Below are positions 8,923-20,045 of a DNA stretch of 64,000 bases, in pieces (position 1 is the stretch's first letter; each line of letters begins with the position of its first letter). The translations under genes were made by a program, and so were the position numbers. The notes under the pieces were generated by a model. That model was given only the letters and a program-made list of their open reading frames with translations. It did not search any database and was not told the DNA's origin. This DNA is from a virus. Taxonomy: Duplodnaviria; Caudoviricetes. Location of the stretch: positions 22,140-86,139 of the IMG/VR virus record IMGVR_UViG_2883187667_000001. One strand, 5' to 3'.

Positions 8923-11900
8923 ATGACTACCGACACGCCGATCTACACGCAATTCAAACACAACGCCAAAGCCGCTATTGCCCACTTAATTAAAGAGCAA
9001 AAGGGAATCGCAGTGGCTGCGCTCTATCACCCGGAAATAGGCGATATTGATCTGGTCTGGGGAAAAACGACAGATGATGCGAGATCGAAAGGAACCGGCA
9101 TTGCCAAAATACTTAGGTGGCATCCCGAAGTCCTGCGCGACCTGCAAGGTTTTATCTCATCGCTACACGTTCATCAACGACACGGCAAAAAGATTCACTT
9201 GACTGGAAACGCTGGTGAGAGGGCAGCTGTGCAGGTTGATTACGATCAACGCAATGGACATTGGTTGTTGACCGCGTATATCAAGGGATATGCCGCCACC
9301 CATGCCGATACTTCAGCGGCAGACATGGCGAACGGGAGACCGGATTCTGCTATTCCCCCGAGCGGCGACGAAAAAACATTAGACTCATTAGTGTCTAATG
9401 TCAATACCTCCTTTGAAAAAGGTCGCAGCAGTCTTGGTACGAGGACGGACACTACCAAGTTTGACGCCAAGGATGACACAGCTCGCCTTAACCCTGCTAC
9501 AGGAAAAACTGTAGACTCAGCAAATACGCCTGTCAATAGCGCTGATGCGCTTCTTCACATCGAAAACGCCGCCCACGAAGGCGCGTTCGGTAATAACCCC
9601 CTGCCCTCGCCCAGCGATGCCCAATGCACTGCCGGTAACTACAAGGTTGGGCGAGTTGAAATTGCCGGGTTCAAGATTGCCATAGAGCAGCCGCGCGGCA
9701 CCTATCGCACTGGAATCGACGCCAAAACCGGAAAGCGCTGGGCTACGCGTCTCGCCGGACACTACGGCTATTTCTCTGGAACCAAGGGTGCTGACGGCGA
9801 CCCGGTTGACGTGTTCATCGGTTTTTACCCCTACTCTGAAATGGCCTACGTCATCAACCAGTTCATCAATGGTCGCTTCGACGAGCATAAAGTAATGCTG
9901 TGTTACCCCGACGAATACAGTGCGCGCAAGGCGTATCTCGACAGCTATGAGCGCGGCTGGAAAGGCCTGCAAAACATGATCCCAGCCACTCTGGAACAAC
10001 TTCGCTGGTGGCTTAAAAACGGCAATACCAGCCGACCGCTACGCCCTGAATTTCTCCCCTTTGCCGGACTTGAAACCATGAACCAGAAAATTTACTGGGA
10101 TGGCAACGCCATGCCCATTGATGCATCGCTCGATAAAGTGCTGTACGACATCCGCCGCTCCGTGGATGGCGCGCTTATTTTCGATGCGGTCAGCATGACG
10201 GACATTGTTGAGGATGCCGATGGACTGGCAGCGTTCGATGCGCTGGTTACGCCCTATGCGTCACTGGAACGCAAGATGGCAGTGCTGCAGCGGGTGATGG
10301 ATCGTTACGGACAAGCGGTAAAGGTAACCGCGATGCAGATCAGCGATCCGTTCACGCAGCGCGGCGTCGCCAATGTCGCCGTCATCTACGAACTGAGCGA
10401 CGGGCAAACGGTAAGCGTTTTTCTGCACAACCCGGATGTAACGCCGAGAAAGATCGCGCCTACCGACGAGCTGATTTCATGGAAGTGGCTGCTTAACAAG
10501 AAGGACATCACCATCGTGGTGGCGCCCGAAAAAGGCCAGGACTTGGACGTTAAGGAGGTAGGTAAGCGCATCATGCGACTGGTCGAGAAAAATAGCGCGT
10601 TGTTCGGCAAGGCCAATGCCCAACGCGCCGAGCGCATGCAGTCCATAGAAGATATTAAAACTGAAATCGTCGGCCTGGAGGCCGAGCTGAAAACCAAGCT
10701 GCATGAGCTTGAGGTAGCGAAGGTTGAGGCCGAAGACCGGGCGATGAAATCAACGCCTTCAGAGGGTGTTGTGGTTACGTACCGTGAAGCACTTCCACCT
10801 ACAACCAATGCCGTGGAATCGCCAACACCAGAAGCGCAGGAAGGTACAGATCATCAGGATGTATCCGACATTGATGTCGGATACATCAATGAACCTGTAA
10901 CTGAAGCGCCCTTATCGGAAGCGCGGCCGCAACATGATGGTCAACAAACGCCAGACACTGCCGTCGCAGTTTTAAAGGATGGATATTCCAAGCTATCCCC
11001 GGAAGAGATCATCGTTACCAAGATGAACGAGGCAATGCTAGCATTGATTGCAGCAAAGGATAACGGCGATGCGCGCAGTATCTCGGAAGCAGAGCAATTG
11101 ATGCGTGAAGCCTATGGCTCGGAAGAAGCGACGCCGATGCTGAAAATGTCTGCGGCAGAACTGCGCGACCTGCATAACGCGGTTGCTGGGAAGCCGTTTG
11201 AGGCTACCGTAGCGGCGTCTGCTTTTGGTGGGCTAAGGCCTGCGCTTGATCTTGTTGGCGCGGAAGTACCTGAAAATAAAATCGTCTTAGCTGGTAACGA
11301 GATTGGAGATTTCCCCGATACGCCCGAGGGAAAAAAAGAGTTAAGAGTGGCGGCGCGAGCGGTCTTCGAATCTATGCTTGGAAAGTGGGTTTCATGCCCC
11401 GCTCTGGATGGGGACGTTGAGATTCGCAAAAGCGGTATGAATAAAACGCTAAGCCTGAGCGGAGACCCACGCAAGTTGAAACTCGTTGCCGCGCTAGAAG
11501 AACTTATTCGTATCGGAAAGAAACTGGATACCAAACCCAGCTATGCGCCAGAAATTGAAAGAAGTGTTATAGCCTACCACTACATGCGATCTCTTGCGAA
11601 TCTTGAGGGTACGGACATCGCCGTTCGCTTTATCGTTAAGGAAGATGAAAAAGGTAAATTCCACTGGGATCATAGCGTTCATGATACCGATGCAACGTTT
11701 GATAGCACAAAAGAAAACGGGCCGAATTTCTCCGACCCGCTTCTTGTCACTACTTCATGCGGCGGGGGAACGTATCCTTCCCGCTTAGCGAGCGACCAAC
11801 TTGATGGCACTGTAGAAGAAGGATCAGCAGATTTCAACGGTGATTTCATTGTTGATGAAAACGAAATTGGCGATACATTTGAAGTTGAAACTTCCACCGA

Positions 11901-12720
11901 TGAAGAAGACATAACCAATACGCTGGATTCAGCTGTAGGTGGTGGGCATATGGTATTCAACCTGTTTATTGAAGGTGAGCCGCCTGAAGTAGTTGATGAA
12001 AATGATTCTGGAGATAACCCCGGAGACGAAACCACCAAGCCAGCGCCAGAAATACCCGTTATCGAGCTGACCAGCGAGAGCGGCGGAGAAAACGTGAATG
12101 CCGATGGAGGAAAAACGGGCTCCGTCGACGCCGCCTACCTATTCGCCAACGCAACCGATGAATTCAAGGAATGGCTGTCCGAATACCTGAAAAAGCCGGA
12201 TTATTCACCATTTGTTACCGCCAGGGAAATGGATCAAGCGGCCAAACGCAACGGAGCCAGTGTTGACTGGGGCGTGTTTTCCGGCACAGACCAGGATATC
12301 GACTCAGACGGCTATGTGGGCGAGGTCAAGAAGGGCGGAGAGATCGTTGGCCGCATCGACATTGGCAATGATGGCAAGGCGATGGTGTTCGTTGGTGCGA
12401 CCGGAGATCAGCGCGTTGTCTTCCCATCCGGCGTGGAGGCGGTCTATTCCGATGATGATGCCATCGAAATGGTTGACGTCCTGTTTTCTACCCAATCTGG
12501 AGATACGCAGCCCGCTATTGCTACTGACCCGCAGCTGGTAGCAGACTTAGCCCTGCTTCACTCCGTCATAGATGGGACCGTAGCCGATATCCTTTCTCCC
12601 GAACTCGGCGAACAGATGGCCGCCACATTCGAGCGCAATCAGGACAACGCGGAGTTCATGGAATTGTTCAACCGGGCTGTGAATGCCTACACCGCCGCCA
12701 TGATGGCGGCCACGGCATAA
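8923..12720 (+). CDS. darA: Polyvalent DarA-like protein (PBECR-like nuclease, InPase, DarA_N/Hdf, LPD3-like, DarA_C)
   Basis: IGDIDLVWG...GIAKI (PBECR-like); AGNYKVGRV...HYGYFSGTKGADGDPVDVF (InPase); YELSDGQTVSVFLHNPD...KWLLNKKDIT (DarA_N); C-terminal VIDGTVADILSPELG...AVNAYTAAMMAATA (DarA_C). Confidence 0.75.
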   Translation: MTTDTPIYTQFKHNAKAAIAHLIKEQKGIAVAALYHPEIGDIDLVWGKTTDDARSKGTGIAKILRWHPEVLRDLQGFISSLHVHQRHGKKIHLTGNAGERAAVQVDYDQRNGHWLLTAYIKGYAATHADTSAADMANGRPDSAIPPSGDEKTLDSLVSNVNTSFEKGRSSLGTRTDTTKFDAKDDTARLNPATGKTVDSANTPVNSADALLHIENAAHEGAFGNNPLPSPSDAQCTAGNYKVGRVEIAGFKIAIEQPRGTYRTGIDAKTGKRWATRLAGHYGYFSGTKGADGDPVDVFIGFYPYSEMAYVINQFINGRFDEHKVMLCYPDEYSARKAYLDSYERGWKGLQNMIPATLEQLRWWLKNGNTSRPLRPEFLPFAGLETMNQKIYWDGNAMPIDASLDKVLYDIRRSVDGALIFDAVSMTDIVEDADGLAAFDALVTPYASLERKMAVLQRVMDRYGQAVKVTAMQISDPFTQRGVANVAVIYELSDGQTVSVFLHNPDVTPRKIAPTDELISWKWLLNKKDITIVVAPEKGQDLDVKEVGKRIMRLVEKNSALFGKANAQRAERMQSIEDIKTEIVGLEAELKTKLHELEVAKVEAEDRAMKSTPSEGVVVTYREALPPTTNAVESPTPEAQEGTDHQDVSDIDVGYINEPVTEAPLSEARPQHDGQQTPDTAVAVLKDGYSKLSPEEIIVTKMNEAMLALIAAKDNGDARSISEAEQLMREAYGSEEATPMLKMSAAELRDLHNAVAGKPFEATVAASAFGGLRPALDLVGAEVPENKIVLAGNEIGDFPDTPEGKKELRVAARAVFESMLGKWVSCPALDGDVEIRKSGMNKTLSLSGDPRKLKLVAALEELIRIGKKLDTKPSYAPEIERSVIAYHYMRSLANLEGTDIAVRFIVKEDEKGKFHWDHSVHDTDATFDSTKENGPNFSDPLLVTTSCGGGTYPSRLASDQLDGTVEEGSADFNGDFIVDENEIGDTFEVETSTDEEDITNTLDSAVGGGHMVFNLFIEGEPPEVVDENDSGDNPGDETTKPAPEIPVIELTSESGGENVNADGGKTGSVDAAYLFANATDEFKEWLSEYLKKPDYSPFVTAREMDQAAKRNGASVDWGVFSGTDQDIDSDGYVGEVKKGGEIVGRIDIGNDGKAMVFVGATGDQRVVFPSGVEAVYSDDDAIEMVDVLFSTQSGDTQPAIATDPQLVADLALLHSVIDGTVADILSPELGEQMAATFERNQDNAEFMELFNRAVNAYTAAMMAATA

Positions 12721-12733
12721 GGGAGCGCTGGCG

Positions 12734-15700
12734 ATGTCACTATTAGAAAAGCTTTTCGGCGCAATCGCCACAAGAAGGAGCGCGCTTGATGCCGCCGCCC
12801 CGCCCTGCCCCGTCTTGGATGCCGTTACCAACCCAATTGAGCAACTGAAGCTGACCACCGAGCTGGGAAAAGTACGCAAGGAAATTGCTGGGCTGGGTGA
12901 TTCGGCAATGGACGCCATGAAGCGCCTTGGGCTTACTACCCGGCTTGGCAAGATTCGCATGGAGCTGGGCGGACAACAGAATCAAGCTCTGGCTTTGGAG
13001 CCAGATACAGCGCCCCAGCAACCTGAACCAATTCAGGAAGCCCATGACGCCCCCGTGGAGACCGTTCAATTCGGCCTGCAAGCAAGTGGCGTCAAGACCC
13101 GTGAAAAGATCAACGCGCAGGTGTCGGCCATAACCGACCAGATTCGCGCCGGCAGAAACCCTGCGACGCTGACCGACGATGAAATAGCGCTGCTCAAGCA
13201 ATATTCCGGCAAGGGTGGGTTGACGATCAACTCCCAGCACGAGTATTACACCCCGCCCCATGTTGCCGAAGGGGTGTGGGACGCGCTTAAAGCCAATGGC
13301 TTTGAAAATGGCAACGCTCTGGAACCGGCCACCGGCGCCGGTGTATTTCTGGCTACCAAGCCCAGCGGCGTCATTGCCACAGGTACCGAGATCGACCAGA
13401 CCAGCGCCACTGTTGCGCAGATCTTGAACCCTGGGGACGTGGTATCTAACCAGTCATTCGAGTATCTGGCCGCGTCATCGCCCGATAACAGCTTTGACGC
13501 CGTGATCGGAAACGTACCCTTTGGCAACGCCCGAGGCCCGAGCGCGCACGATGACCCGCCCTACAAATCCGAAAAGCTGATCGAGCGCTATTTCGTGCAG
13601 CGCGTGATTGACAAGGTTAGGCCGGGCGGACTCATCTGCCTGGTTGTGCCGGTGAATATCATTCAGGCAAAGGGCAAGGCTTGGGAGAAGTTTCGTATTG
13701 CCATCAGCAAGAAAGCCGAATTCCTGGGCGGTCACAAGCTGCCATCCAAGACGTTTTCGAAGCAAGGCACCGATGTCGTGGTCGACGTGCTGGTGATGCG
13801 CAAGCATGGCGCCGATTTTCTCGCGCAAGTGGATAACCTGCCGTTCGACACATTGACCGCGGCCAACGTGGTTTGGGCGGAGTTCATCGAGGGCCGCTAC
13901 TGGCAAGGCGAAGGAAAGCGCTACATCAAGGGCGAGTTCGTACCCAAAGACCCGACCAAGTTCCGCGACTCGGACAAGGTTATCGCCGGCGAAAACATGA
14001 CCGATGAGGCGCTAAAGCGCGCGCTTGCGGTTAAATTCCACTCTCGCATTGATTGGGAGATGCTGGATAGCGCCGAACCGATTGTCCGCAACTACATAGA
14101 CGGCGACCGCAAGGAGATCAATGGCATTGATTACGAAATGCAGGGCGGCGCGTGGGTAAAGATAGCCTACACCGAAAGCAAAACCGAGCTGGATACGACT
14201 ATTTACGGCGTTGACTCGTTGGACGCGCTGGAGTCCATCATGCAATCGGATTCCGGCATCCTGTCGTTGGGCTGGGGAAATATCGAAGCGGCATGCGATG
14301 CGTTTCCCAACCTCGTGCCGCAACATGTCAAGGACGCGCTAAATTTTTCTCGCTTGCAGTCGGATGACAACCAATGGCGGGCATTTCGCGGCGCGGTAAT
14401 CGGCGCCAGGATCGAGTCGTACCTGAACAGCGGCAGCGATGACGCAAGTGATCTGGCCGAACTGAAAGAATTGATCCTGCATGAGATCGTTAAATACGGA
14501 CACCCCAACAGCGTTACCGGCCTGACCGTGGCCGGCAAGGAATCGAAGCGTTTAGGATTGTTCATCAACTCGGTGGATGAGGCGGGTAACTTCTCGCCGC
14601 TACTGGAAACCGGGACCATTCGCCAGGAAACAGCGGAATTTAATTCCGCCGATCCGGTATCGATCGTCACCTATCTGTTTGAGCAGAACCAGGACCCGGT
14701 AGAACTCAGTACGGTGCTGTCGATGTACGACGGAGAAGCCATGATGGAAGACCTGGGCGACATCACCAAAATACCGGGGCTGGCCGTGTCGCCCGATGGT
14801 TTCATCTACCCATTCGATCAATATTGCTCGGGCGATGTATTCCCCAAACTCCGGGCAATGCGCGAAGCGATGCTATCGGAGAAAGATCCGCGCATTATCG
14901 AGCAATACAAGCGCCAGATCGAAAGCATCGACGCCAAGCGCCGCAAAACGCCGACCGAAGACATTACCTTCCGCATGAGGCAAAAGTGGTTCGATCAGAA
15001 AAACTACGTGATTGAATTCCTGCATGCCAATGGGTTTAAGGTTACGATTCAGTACGACGAAGAACGTGGTGAATTCGTTTCCCGGGGAACCGGTGGCGGA
15101 CTGATACCGCAAATCGTCAATTACCTGAACGAAAAGCCGGTAATGGGCGGCGTCAAGGTCTCGGATTACAAGGACGCCATCAAGGCGCTGGAGGATCAAT
15201 TCGACGCCTTCATGAAGTCGCACCCGAACAGCGAAGACCTGACCAATCAGTACAATGAAAAGTTTAACGGCTATGTCGATTTCAGCTACTCCTGTAGCGA
15301 CCTGGGGCTGACCAATCTGGGCGACAGAATTAAGCCGCATACCTACCAGAATGAAGCCATTCGCCGACTGTCGCGTGAAGGAAAAGGGATTCTTGGTTTC
15401 GACGTGGGCCTGGGAAAAACCTTTACCTCCCTGGCGCTGCAAGCCTACAACGAGCAGATGGGGCGTTCCAAGCGCACCTGCATTGTTGTTCCTGACTCGG
15501 TGTTGGCAAACTGGTATCACGAACACAAGGCGTTCTATAAGGATACCTCACGCATGCTGGTTGTCGGCATGTCGCCGAAAACAAACAAGGATGGCACTGC
15601 GCAACGTGAGGCGATTGTCGACGAACAAGGCAATCCGAAGCTGCTCAACGGAGAACCCATATACCAGGATGTCTTGACCAAGGACGACGCGGAAACCATC

Positions 15701-18700
15701 TGGGCGAAAATGCACAGCATTCCGCAGTCCGACTTGTCGCTGGTGATCATGTCGCATTCCCGCTTCGGCATGATACCGGTCAAGCAGCAGACCAAAAAGA
15801 AATACACCGAAGAAATGCTGTCGCGGGAGCTGATGAGCGCCGGGGATGCCGACAAGCTGATGTCCGCAAATCCGGGCAAGCTGTCATATGCCGACGCGCA
15901 GAATCAAGACCGCATGGAGCAGAAATACTCCGACGAAGGCACGCGCAAACAGGACGCATACCCGTATTTCGAGGACATGGGGTTTGATACCGTCATGCCC
16001 GATGAGGCGCATTTTTATAAAAACGCCTTCAAGCCGGGCAAGGAAGCGAGCCGCATCGCTTATCTGCCAACGCCCGACCCATCGCAACGCGCCATCGACC
16101 TGTCGTTGAAACTGGCGCATATCCGCGAAATGAACGGCGGGCGCGGCGTTGTGTTGCTGACGGCCACCCCGGTTACCAACAGCCCGCTTGAAATCTACAA
16201 CATGTTGTCATTCCTGATTCCGGCAGAGGAATTCGAGCAGTTTGGCGTCTACACACCCGATGATTTCGTGCGCGTGTTCGCCGATGTGCAACAGATCGAG
16301 AAGCTCAAGGTTTCCGGAGACGTGGGTAACGTCGACGCGATGGTCGGCTTCCAGAATCTGGATGGCCTGCGTTCGCTGTTCCACAAGTACGCGATTATTA
16401 AAAATGCCGAGGACGTAAACCTTCCCCTCCCCGGCATCGAAGAAACCCAATCAACCGTTGAGCTATCCGAGGAACAGCAGGGTATCTATGTGGCGCTGCG
16501 CGCCGAGGCCAAGACGGCATCGTCTCCCAAGAAAGAGGAGCGTGAAACGGTACGACCGCTGTTCTCTATCATCCGCGACATGGACAGAACCACCACCGAT
16601 CTGGACATGTATTACAAGCAGATCACCTTCATCTTCGCGCCCGCGCACAAGGAAGCGCTGGAAAAAGCGCTGGCGATGATGCCGAAAACGGTACAGCGCA
16701 AGGAGTACGACGCCGACAAGGAAAGAGATGTGGTCATGACGGTGCCGTTAGAGTACACGCTCACCGAAAAAGACGGCAAACTGGTGGTGGTCATGACCGA
16801 CGCCGGCGAAGAGGACATGGTGGCCGCCATGCAGAAGGTCGGCATCCCGGAAGATGAAGTGGCGCACCCGATCACGCCAAAATATGCCGAACTGCTGAAG
16901 AACCTGAAAAAGGAACTGGATGTTGGCGGAAAGCAGCTAATTTTCATCGAGGAAAAAACCCAGCACCGGAAGCTGGCCCGGGTCATCGTGCATCACCTGC
17001 CCATTACGCTGGAGAACATCGGCATTATCAACGCCACGGATGCCTCCGGCGAAAAGCTACAGCGCATTTCAGACAGCTACAACGCCGGCAAGATCAAGAT
17101 TGTTATCGCCAACAAGAAAGCGGAGGTCGGCGTCAACCTGCAAAAAGGCACGACGGCGATTCATCACCTGACGTTCCCCTGGGTTCCGGCCAGCATGCAG
17201 CAGCGCAATGGCCGCGGCGTCCGGCAAGGCAACACTGCGGCGACGGTCAATATCTACTACTACATAGGGAAAGGATCGTTCGATCTGTTCCGCCTGAACC
17301 TGATCAATAAGAAAGGCAACTGGATTAACGATGTGCTGCGCGGCACCGAATCGAACATGGAATCCAAGGGCGACGGCCACCTGTCGGCGGAGGATGTCAT
17401 GGTGCTGCTGTCCGATAACCCGGAAGAGGCCAAGGCGCGCATGGAGGAAGCAAAAGCCAAGCGCGAAGCCGCAAAACGGGCTAAATCCGACAAAGCCATG
17501 GTCATCAACCTGAACCAGCTCATAGAGGCGCGGCGCAAACTCGCATTGCTGGATGGCTGGAAATCGGACGAAAAGACCAAGATAGAAGCGGAGCTGGCGA
17601 AACTGGCGGCGCGCATTGCCGCGCTTGAGGAAGATGATGGCGAGGAAGCCCGTAAAGACCGCTCCGATAGTAGGCGCAAGCAGTCCCTGCAGCAAAAAAA
17701 GCTCGATACCCTGGACGCCCGTTATCTGGCTATCGAGGAAAGCGCATCGGCGACAGTGAAACAAAAAACCGTATTCCTGAAAGCCAAGGCGGCAGCAGGC
17801 GAACTACCCTTTGATGCGGGCGCTGTCGACAATCCGGAATCGGTGCTGGTTACCAACGATGGCCGGATAATAAAGCCGGGCATGGTGTTCGACATTAAAG
17901 ACGCGAAGTACGACCGTGACCGCAAATTGACCAAAGGCCTAAATCTGGTTGAAGCCATTGACGCATCGGCGCGCACCATCACCTTCAAGCCCAAGAGAGA
18001 AAATTACAGCTCGCGGCCCATCAGTCTGAACGATCTGCACAACTACGAGCTGAAGCCGGTATCCATGACGATTGAGGAATGGGACTTGGCGAACAAACTC
18101 GCCAATAACCTAACGCTGAAGGATGTCATCGGGTTGGGGTTTGCCACCTACGACAAGTTCAAGGATCAAATCAAACTGGCCTATAGGGAATACTATATCG
18201 CCGATCTGGGGGACGGCACGGTAACACTGACCAGGGAAAGCTCCAGTTATCGTTCCCTGGTGGATGCCCGCTTCGTCTGGCCGGATGGCGGCAGCGAGGC
18301 CATTAAGCGCCAAGTGGTCAAGGATTACTACCGCAACATCACTGTTTATGGCACGGACTACGGCGGCCCGATTATGGAAACCCTGTTCGGCGAGGATTGG
18401 AATGCCGCCATTCAGCAATATGCAGAAATGGCGACGCAGGAAGACGTGTTGCGTCAGGCGCAAGCCATTTTTGAGGCCGACGTTCAATCCAGGGGCATGG
18501 ATGAATACCAGTTCATCGAGCGCAACAAGTGGTTCGTAGCCAATAATTGGCGCGAATATACTGCAAAGATACCAGGCGACAATGTACAGGAGATAATGGA
18601 TTGGGTGCGAACATTCATGGCGGACAAGATTGCGGCCTACGAAGCCGAGTCCCGGAGACGCCAGGACGAGGCCAACCAGAAAGCCGCCGAAGCGATTAAA

Positions 18701-19216
18701 TCCAGCCCGGACTACAAAGAGATTCCAGAGGGTATTGCGCTAAAGCTCTCGGAAAAAGGCATCACCGCCCTGTACAACACCGAATCGGTCTACATTAAGC
18801 GGAGCAATTGGCCGGCCTTCTCGCTGCTGCTGTTGCAGGACTCGAATGGCAAGCAAGGATTGCTGTACGCCGCCAAGGAGCGGCTGAAAAGCGCCTATGG
18901 CGCGCAATTCGCCGCCGATATATCGACAAAGTTCAGCGGCGCATGGTGGTATATGCCCTCCTCCCATAAGCTCGACGATATCGTTTCCGTTATACTCAAC
19001 GATCAGGACGCGCCGGTGATCGAGACCAACAGGGACGCTCCGGAAAAGCTGAAAGTTCCTGCCGACAAAATAGCCGTTGGCGATGAACTGAATGGATTTG
19101 TCGTCCGATCGCTGGGTAAAACCTGGGCGGCTAAGGAATATGAAATCAGCGCCGTCAAGCGGGATTCGGGCTTCGATATCGAAGAAGGCGACTTGATCCA
19201 ATACGCGAGATTTTAA
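12734..19216 (+). CDS. darB: DarB-like N6-adenine methyltransferase plus SNF2-family helicase
   Basis: YYTP, LEPATGAGVF, VIGNVPFG (MTase); FDVGLGKT, DEAH, LTATPVTNSPLE, QRNGRGVRQGN (SF2 helicase); 2160 aa. Confidence 0.85.
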   Translation: MSLLEKLFGAIATRRSALDAAAPPCPVLDAVTNPIEQLKLTTELGKVRKEIAGLGDSAMDAMKRLGLTTRLGKIRMELGGQQNQALALEPDTAPQQPEPIQEAHDAPVETVQFGLQASGVKTREKINAQVSAITDQIRAGRNPATLTDDEIALLKQYSGKGGLTINSQHEYYTPPHVAEGVWDALKANGFENGNALEPATGAGVFLATKPSGVIATGTEIDQTSATVAQILNPGDVVSNQSFEYLAASSPDNSFDAVIGNVPFGNARGPSAHDDPPYKSEKLIERYFVQRVIDKVRPGGLICLVVPVNIIQAKGKAWEKFRIAISKKAEFLGGHKLPSKTFSKQGTDVVVDVLVMRKHGADFLAQVDNLPFDTLTAANVVWAEFIEGRYWQGEGKRYIKGEFVPKDPTKFRDSDKVIAGENMTDEALKRALAVKFHSRIDWEMLDSAEPIVRNYIDGDRKEINGIDYEMQGGAWVKIAYTESKTELDTTIYGVDSLDALESIMQSDSGILSLGWGNIEAACDAFPNLVPQHVKDALNFSRLQSDDNQWRAFRGAVIGARIESYLNSGSDDASDLAELKELILHEIVKYGHPNSVTGLTVAGKESKRLGLFINSVDEAGNFSPLLETGTIRQETAEFNSADPVSIVTYLFEQNQDPVELSTVLSMYDGEAMMEDLGDITKIPGLAVSPDGFIYPFDQYCSGDVFPKLRAMREAMLSEKDPRIIEQYKRQIESIDAKRRKTPTEDITFRMRQKWFDQKNYVIEFLHANGFKVTIQYDEERGEFVSRGTGGGLIPQIVNYLNEKPVMGGVKVSDYKDAIKALEDQFDAFMKSHPNSEDLTNQYNEKFNGYVDFSYSCSDLGLTNLGDRIKPHTYQNEAIRRLSREGKGILGFDVGLGKTFTSLALQAYNEQMGRSKRTCIVVPDSVLANWYHEHKAFYKDTSRMLVVGMSPKTNKDGTAQREAIVDEQGNPKLLNGEPIYQDVLTKDDAETIWAKMHSIPQSDLSLVIMSHSRFGMIPVKQQTKKKYTEEMLSRELMSAGDADKLMSANPGKLSYADAQNQDRMEQKYSDEGTRKQDAYPYFEDMGFDTVMPDEAHFYKNAFKPGKEASRIAYLPTPDPSQRAIDLSLKLAHIREMNGGRGVVLLTATPVTNSPLEIYNMLSFLIPAEEFEQFGVYTPDDFVRVFADVQQIEKLKVSGDVGNVDAMVGFQNLDGLRSLFHKYAIIKNAEDVNLPLPGIEETQSTVELSEEQQGIYVALRAEAKTASSPKKEERETVRPLFSIIRDMDRTTTDLDMYYKQITFIFAPAHKEALEKALAMMPKTVQRKEYDADKERDVVMTVPLEYTLTEKDGKLVVVMTDAGEEDMVAAMQKVGIPEDEVAHPITPKYAELLKNLKKELDVGGKQLIFIEEKTQHRKLARVIVHHLPITLENIGIINATDASGEKLQRISDSYNAGKIKIVIANKKAEVGVNLQKGTTAIHHLTFPWVPASMQQRNGRGVRQGNTAATVNIYYYIGKGSFDLFRLNLINKKGNWINDVLRGTESNMESKGDGHLSAEDVMVLLSDNPEEAKARMEEAKAKREAAKRAKSDKAMVINLNQLIEARRKLALLDGWKSDEKTKIEAELAKLAARIAALEEDDGEEARKDRSDSRRKQSLQQKKLDTLDARYLAIEESASATVKQKTVFLKAKAAAGELPFDAGAVDNPESVLVTNDGRIIKPGMVFDIKDAKYDRDRKLTKGLNLVEAIDASARTITFKPKRENYSSRPISLNDLHNYELKPVSMTIEEWDLANKLANNLTLKDVIGLGFATYDKFKDQIKLAYREYYIADLGDGTVTLTRESSSYRSLVDARFVWPDGGSEAIKRQVVKDYYRNITVYGTDYGGPIMETLFGEDWNAAIQQYAEMATQEDVLRQAQAIFEADVQSRGMDEYQFIERNKWFVANNWREYTAKIPGDNVQEIMDWVRTFMADKIAAYEAESRRRQDEANQKAAEAIKSSPDYKEIPEGIALKLSEKGITALYNTESVYIKRSNWPAFSLLLLQDSNGKQGLLYAAKERLKSAYGAQFAADISTKFSGAWWYMPSSHKLDDIVSVILNDQDAPVIETNRDAPEKLKVPADKIAVGDELNGFVVRSLGKTWAAKEYEISAVKRDSGFDIEEGDLIQYARF

Positions 19217-19218
19217 GC

Positions 19219-19632
19219 ATGAGACTCTACAGCAAAGACGATTTACAAGACGCCCTGTTCGAAGCGCTGAACAGCAATAAAAGCTCGGCTGAGTTCGTCA
19301 AGAAATATGTCACCAATCTGGGCAAAATCATCAAGAAAAGGCCGCAGCATTACCGCTATTTCGGTCCGTACTGGTGGGCGCTGAAGTCGATCATGCTCAA
19401 GTACGAAGTACCCGGCATTGATGATTTTGTAGATCTGGAGTGGCTGGAAAAAATCAATCAGGCGCTGACCGGCGATGACTATGTCTGCGTGGCGTCCTGG
19501 GCCATGCAGGAAAGCCGGTTCGGCGGTCTGGAACTACCCACCAACACCGTGATGCTTGAAGACGCCGAGGGCAATATGACCGAATGCGTCACCATAGACC
19601 CGTTTCTTGAGGCGCTGATTAAAAGCGGTTGA
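19219..19632 (+). CDS. Small protein after darB (possible Ulx-like chaperone)
   Basis: Position and size similar to P1 ulx; no direct motif evidence. Confidence 0.45.
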   Translation: MRLYSKDDLQDALFEALNSNKSSAEFVKKYVTNLGKIIKKRPQHYRYFGPYWWALKSIMLKYEVPGIDDFVDLEWLEKINQALTGDDYVCVASWAMQESRFGGLELPTNTVMLEDAEGNMTECVTIDPFLEALIKSG

Positions 19633-19640
19633 TTTTGGAC

Positions 19641-20036
19641 TCACTTACCCATCGCTAAACGGGCGGCATCCGCCAGAAATCCACTCCGGGTAGAGTGATG
19701 GGCGCGGGCGTAATCGTCAATCTTCGCCAGCAGTCGGCGCGGCAGGGTGATATTAATTTTTTCGGAACGCCCATCGAAACGCGCGGTATCTACGTCGACC
19801 AAGGCCCATACGCCGCCCTCGAAGTCAGGGTTTAGCCTATGCTCGGCGATCGGTCGCGGAACCGGAATTTCCTCATCGTCGTCGGTCATGCCTTCAAGGT
19901 GCAGGTCAATAGCTTCCGCCACACTGTTCAGGGCGTCGTCGAAGGTGTCGCCCGCCGAAAAACATCCGGGAAGATCGGGAACGGTAACGCCAAAACGCAC
20001 GCCGTCATCGGTATGCAATACCACGGGAAAGCGCAT
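19641..20036 (-). CDS. hicB: HicB antitoxin
   Basis: FGVTVPDLPGCFSAGDT...KINITLPRRLLAKID (HicB core plus RHH). Confidence 0.9.
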   Translation of the reverse strand: MRFPVVLHTDDGVRFGVTVPDLPGCFSAGDTFDDALNSVAEAIDLHLEGMTDDDEEIPVPRPIAEHRLNPDFEGGVWALVDVDTARFDGRSEKINITLPRRLLAKIDDYARAHHSTRSGFLADAARLAMGK

Positions 20037-20045
20037 AATAAACTC

